Assembly: GCF_036321535.1 (NCBI RefSeq) | Contig: NC_087437.1 | Location: forward strand, 49,540,001 to 49,604,000 | Length of the DNA: 64,000 bases | DNA from: Camelus dromedarius | Taxonomy: Eukaryota | Direction of reading: 5' to 3' | Part shown: positions 61,500-64,000 of the stretch, piece after piece | Numbering within the stretch: position 1 is the stretch's first letter | Layout of the letters: each line of letters begins with the position of its first letter | Position numbers and translations under genes: made by a program | The notes under the pieces: generated by a model | What the model was told of the DNA's origin: nothing | The model's input: only the letters and a program-made list of their open reading frames with translations | Database searches by the model: none

Positions 61500-62356
61500 A
61501 GCCGAAGAACATTCCTTGCCTGTGTGTCCACCCTCCTCCACATAGTTCCTGTTTCAGTCAAGGGGGCCGCCATCCAGTCAAAGAAATAGCCCTCATGACC
61601 TAGAAACCTAGGTTTTCCTAGACTCCTCCCTCTTCTAAACTACCCTCAGGCAAGTACCAAATCTTTTTATTCTCTCCAGATTCTTCTGAAAACTAGCCAA
61701 GCTCCTATCACCATCATCTCCAGCCAGAGTTCCATCCACAGCCTTGGTCTTAGAGGAGTGGGTTGCAGCCAGAAAGATTCTTCATCTGTCTTCTGCTTAT
61801 ACTCTTTCAGTGTTTCTTCAGGACGAACCCAAGCTCCTTAACACCTGGAGGATCTCTCTCTGGCTCTAATCTTCTGTTTAGCCTCATCCCCAGGAAACAT
61901 GTCTCACTACTCGCTGTCTCCAGCATCACAGGCACCTCTGCTGGTGTGTGCCTGTGCTGCTGTTTCCCGAAAGGCACTGCAACCTCTCTCTCTATGTATA
62001 TTTTCTGCTCCCACTGACTGGAATGTCCCTCCCTCTGACTCACCTTTGTCTGCTTGGCTCCTACCAGGAGTCTCAGCCAAGATGGCATCTCCTCTCTGGC
62101 CCCTGCAGGTTGGCTTGGGTGCCTGTCCCAGTGTTCCCACCCAGTGCTCAACAGCCTCTCATGCTGGCCATTCACATCCCTGCTCACACTTTTGGTGTAA
62201 TTGCCTACTTACCTGCTGACTCCCCCTAAGATGTTAACCCTCTGAGGGAGGGACTGGTCATATGCATTGCTGGACCGCCTGTGCCTGACACAGCTGTTGT
62301 TGAAATATAGGTTTGTGGATTTGAGTGAAGTGGCAGATGAATGAGTGAGTGAATGA
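61500..62356 (+). mobile_element. L2 3' region (degenerate)
   Basis: CTGAGGGAGGGACTGG...GTGCCTGACACAG...GATGAATGAGTGAGTGAATGA. Confidence 0.6.
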
Positions 62357-62399
62357 GGTGTTTTCTGGCCACTTGTATCCTTAAACTCAGACCTACTGG

Positions 62400-62640
62400 T
62401 CATCATAACAATTTCCATCTTATACACGCATTTGTGCTAGGCTTAGAGGTTTGTATGCACTGTGTAATTAAATCCTTACAGTCACTCTGTGAAGTCAAGT
62501 ATTGTTAGCATTATTTACCTGGGATGCTGAGATGCAGAGAAGTTGAGCTCCTTGCCCCCAGTCACAAAGCCAGCGGCAAAGCTCAGACTGCAAGCTTGTC
62601 TGGTCCCAGAACTTGTGCCCTGAATGAACTCTGCCTCCAG
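62400..62640 (-). mobile_element. MIR SINE
   Basis: AATCCTTACAG...CTGAGATGCAGAGAAGTTGAG...CTTGCCCCCAGTCACA. Confidence 0.7.
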
Positions 62641-62849
62641 ACTCTGCCTCTGCTGTTTCCATCTGACCCTGGCTTGAGCGGAGGGCTTGGCTGACTCAAT
62701 GGCTCTGCATTCTGTCTGAAGGAGATTTCTGTGTCCTGCAAACTGTGCCAAATAGGTGTTCGTCACCTTCTCCTTTAGGGCAGGCCCGGTCTAGATGGCA
62801 TCATAAAGTACTCCAGAATAAATATACAGAATATATAGTTTTTAAAATA

Positions 62850-63250
62850 TTTTAAAAACCTTTCATTTTGAATTAATTTCAACTTACAGAAGAGTTGCAA
62901 GAATCAAAGAATGCCCATAGACCCTTCACCAGATTCACCAATGGTTAATATTTTGCCAAATTTGTCTTGTTTCTCTTTTAAAAAAAGTATGTTTTCTGAA
63001 CCATTCAAGAACAAGCTCCAGCCTTTGTTATGTCACTTTACTGCTAAATACTTCACAGTGTATCTCCTAAGAGCAAGGACATTTTCTTATATACCATGGG
63101 AGTTATCAAATTTAGGCAATTTAACGTTTATTAAATACTATTATTGGTATACAAATTTCAAAAATTATCTCAATAATATCTTTTATAATATTTGTCTCCA
63201 ATATGGGATCCAGTCTAGTATATTTACTTATCATGCTGTCCTGTTTGTAA
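62850..63250 (-). mobile_element. L1MC4/5-like 3' end
   Basis: TTTTGAATTAATTTCAACTTACAGAAGAGTTGCAAGA...CCCTTCACCAGATTCACCAA...CTAAATACTTCA...CCTAAGAGCAAGGACATT. Confidence 0.8.
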
Positions 63251-63260
63251 CGTCTCCAAT

Positions 63261-63383
63261 GGGGAGGGGATAGCTCAGTGGTAGGGCATGTGCTTAGCAT
63301 GAATGAGGTCCTGGGGTCAACCTCCAGTCTCTCCATTTAAAATAAATAAACAAATAAGCCTAATTACCCACTCCCCCGAAACA
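63261..63383 (+). mobile_element. Camelid tRNA-derived SINE (Vic-1-like), long form
   Basis: GGGGAGGGGATAGCTCAGTGGTAG...CCTAATTACCCACTCCCC; near-TSD AACGTCTCCAA / AAAGCCTCCAA. Confidence 0.92.
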
Positions 63384-64000
63384 AAAGCCTCCAAAGTTTC
63401 CCCTGAACATTTTGATTACGGCCTCTTGCCTCAGGTTCAGGGGATGGCAATGTGCTTGTTGAGATCAGGGGCACTGGACCATGAGTTCCAGACTGAGACC
63501 CCAGGCTTTGTTCTGTTCTTGACTTTGACAAGACCTTGGGGCCTCAGTTTCTTCACCTGTCAGTGGGTGAAGGCAGAGTTGGGTTTAAGCATGTCCAAAA
63601 TCCTCTCCACTCCTTAAATCACTAAAACAAATAAACAACAAAATATGATGTTTTTAAAACCTTTTTTTCTTAAAAAAAAAATTTAGGTAGGAAGAAACCT
63701 GCCTCCTTCAAAACCTGTCAGTTCTGAAAGCCTGCTAAATGATTTTATTTTCCGGATGTCTTACTTCTACAACGTCATCTTTTCTTTGCCATTATCTTCT
63801 GCAAATGCTTGGCTGACAGTCTTTTTCATCTTAGAAGTATTTTGAACATAATATGACTGTTTATTTAATGTCTCGTGCACTTCAGAAGATAATGACCAGA
63901 AGAAGGGACTGTTTACCTATTTTTTTCCAGCCCTGTAGCTCACTCAGCCCCAGACTTTGCAGACAGCCTACATTAATTTGTCTTTATTCTGTCAGTTTGG

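Noticed and set aside
62207..62215. Perfect minus-strand donor CAG|GTAAGT
   Set aside because: Lies within a degenerate L2 3' region with no matching acceptor or exon.
1..64000. CRISPR arrays, snoRNA/snRNA genes, L2-derived miRNA hairpins, NUMTs, CpG islands, a novel gene system
   Set aside because: None could be recognised by eye; an Rfam/Infernal scan and BLAST would be needed to exclude divergent RNAs or small exons.

Overview
Mammalian non-coding DNA, most likely camelid (camel/llama/alpaca): it carries 12 copies of a tRNA-derived SINE matching the camelid Vic-1 family (GGGGAGGGTATAGCTCAGTGGTAGAG...GGTTCAATCCCCAGTACCTCC), plus artiodactyl-type L1 3' ends. I recognise no protein-coding exon, RNA gene or CpG island. 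The only ORF-track entries with a recognisable protein are decayed L1 ORF2 pieces and one Tigger-type transposase N-terminus. The window is a patchwork of old eutherian repeats (MIR, L2, L1M, MER3, MER5, MER102, MER44/Tigger7, LTR33), younger lineage-specific SINE and L1 insertions, and repeat-poor blocks with enhancer-like motifs. It is therefore probably intergenic or deep intronic. I found no evidence for a new multi-gene biological system. The best observations concern retrotransposition and repair: a twin-primed, 5'-inverted L1 (38.8-41.3 kb); a 47-bp polyadenylated orphan insertion with a 16-bp TSD (57.0 kb); a tail-less L1 fragment inside a Tigger element (50.3 kb); a 40-bp non-tandem duplication (27.6/28.3 kb); and a possible ~9.4-kb inversion that split an old L1MC. 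Repeat subfamily names come from recalled consensus sequences, and boundaries of old repeats are approximate.
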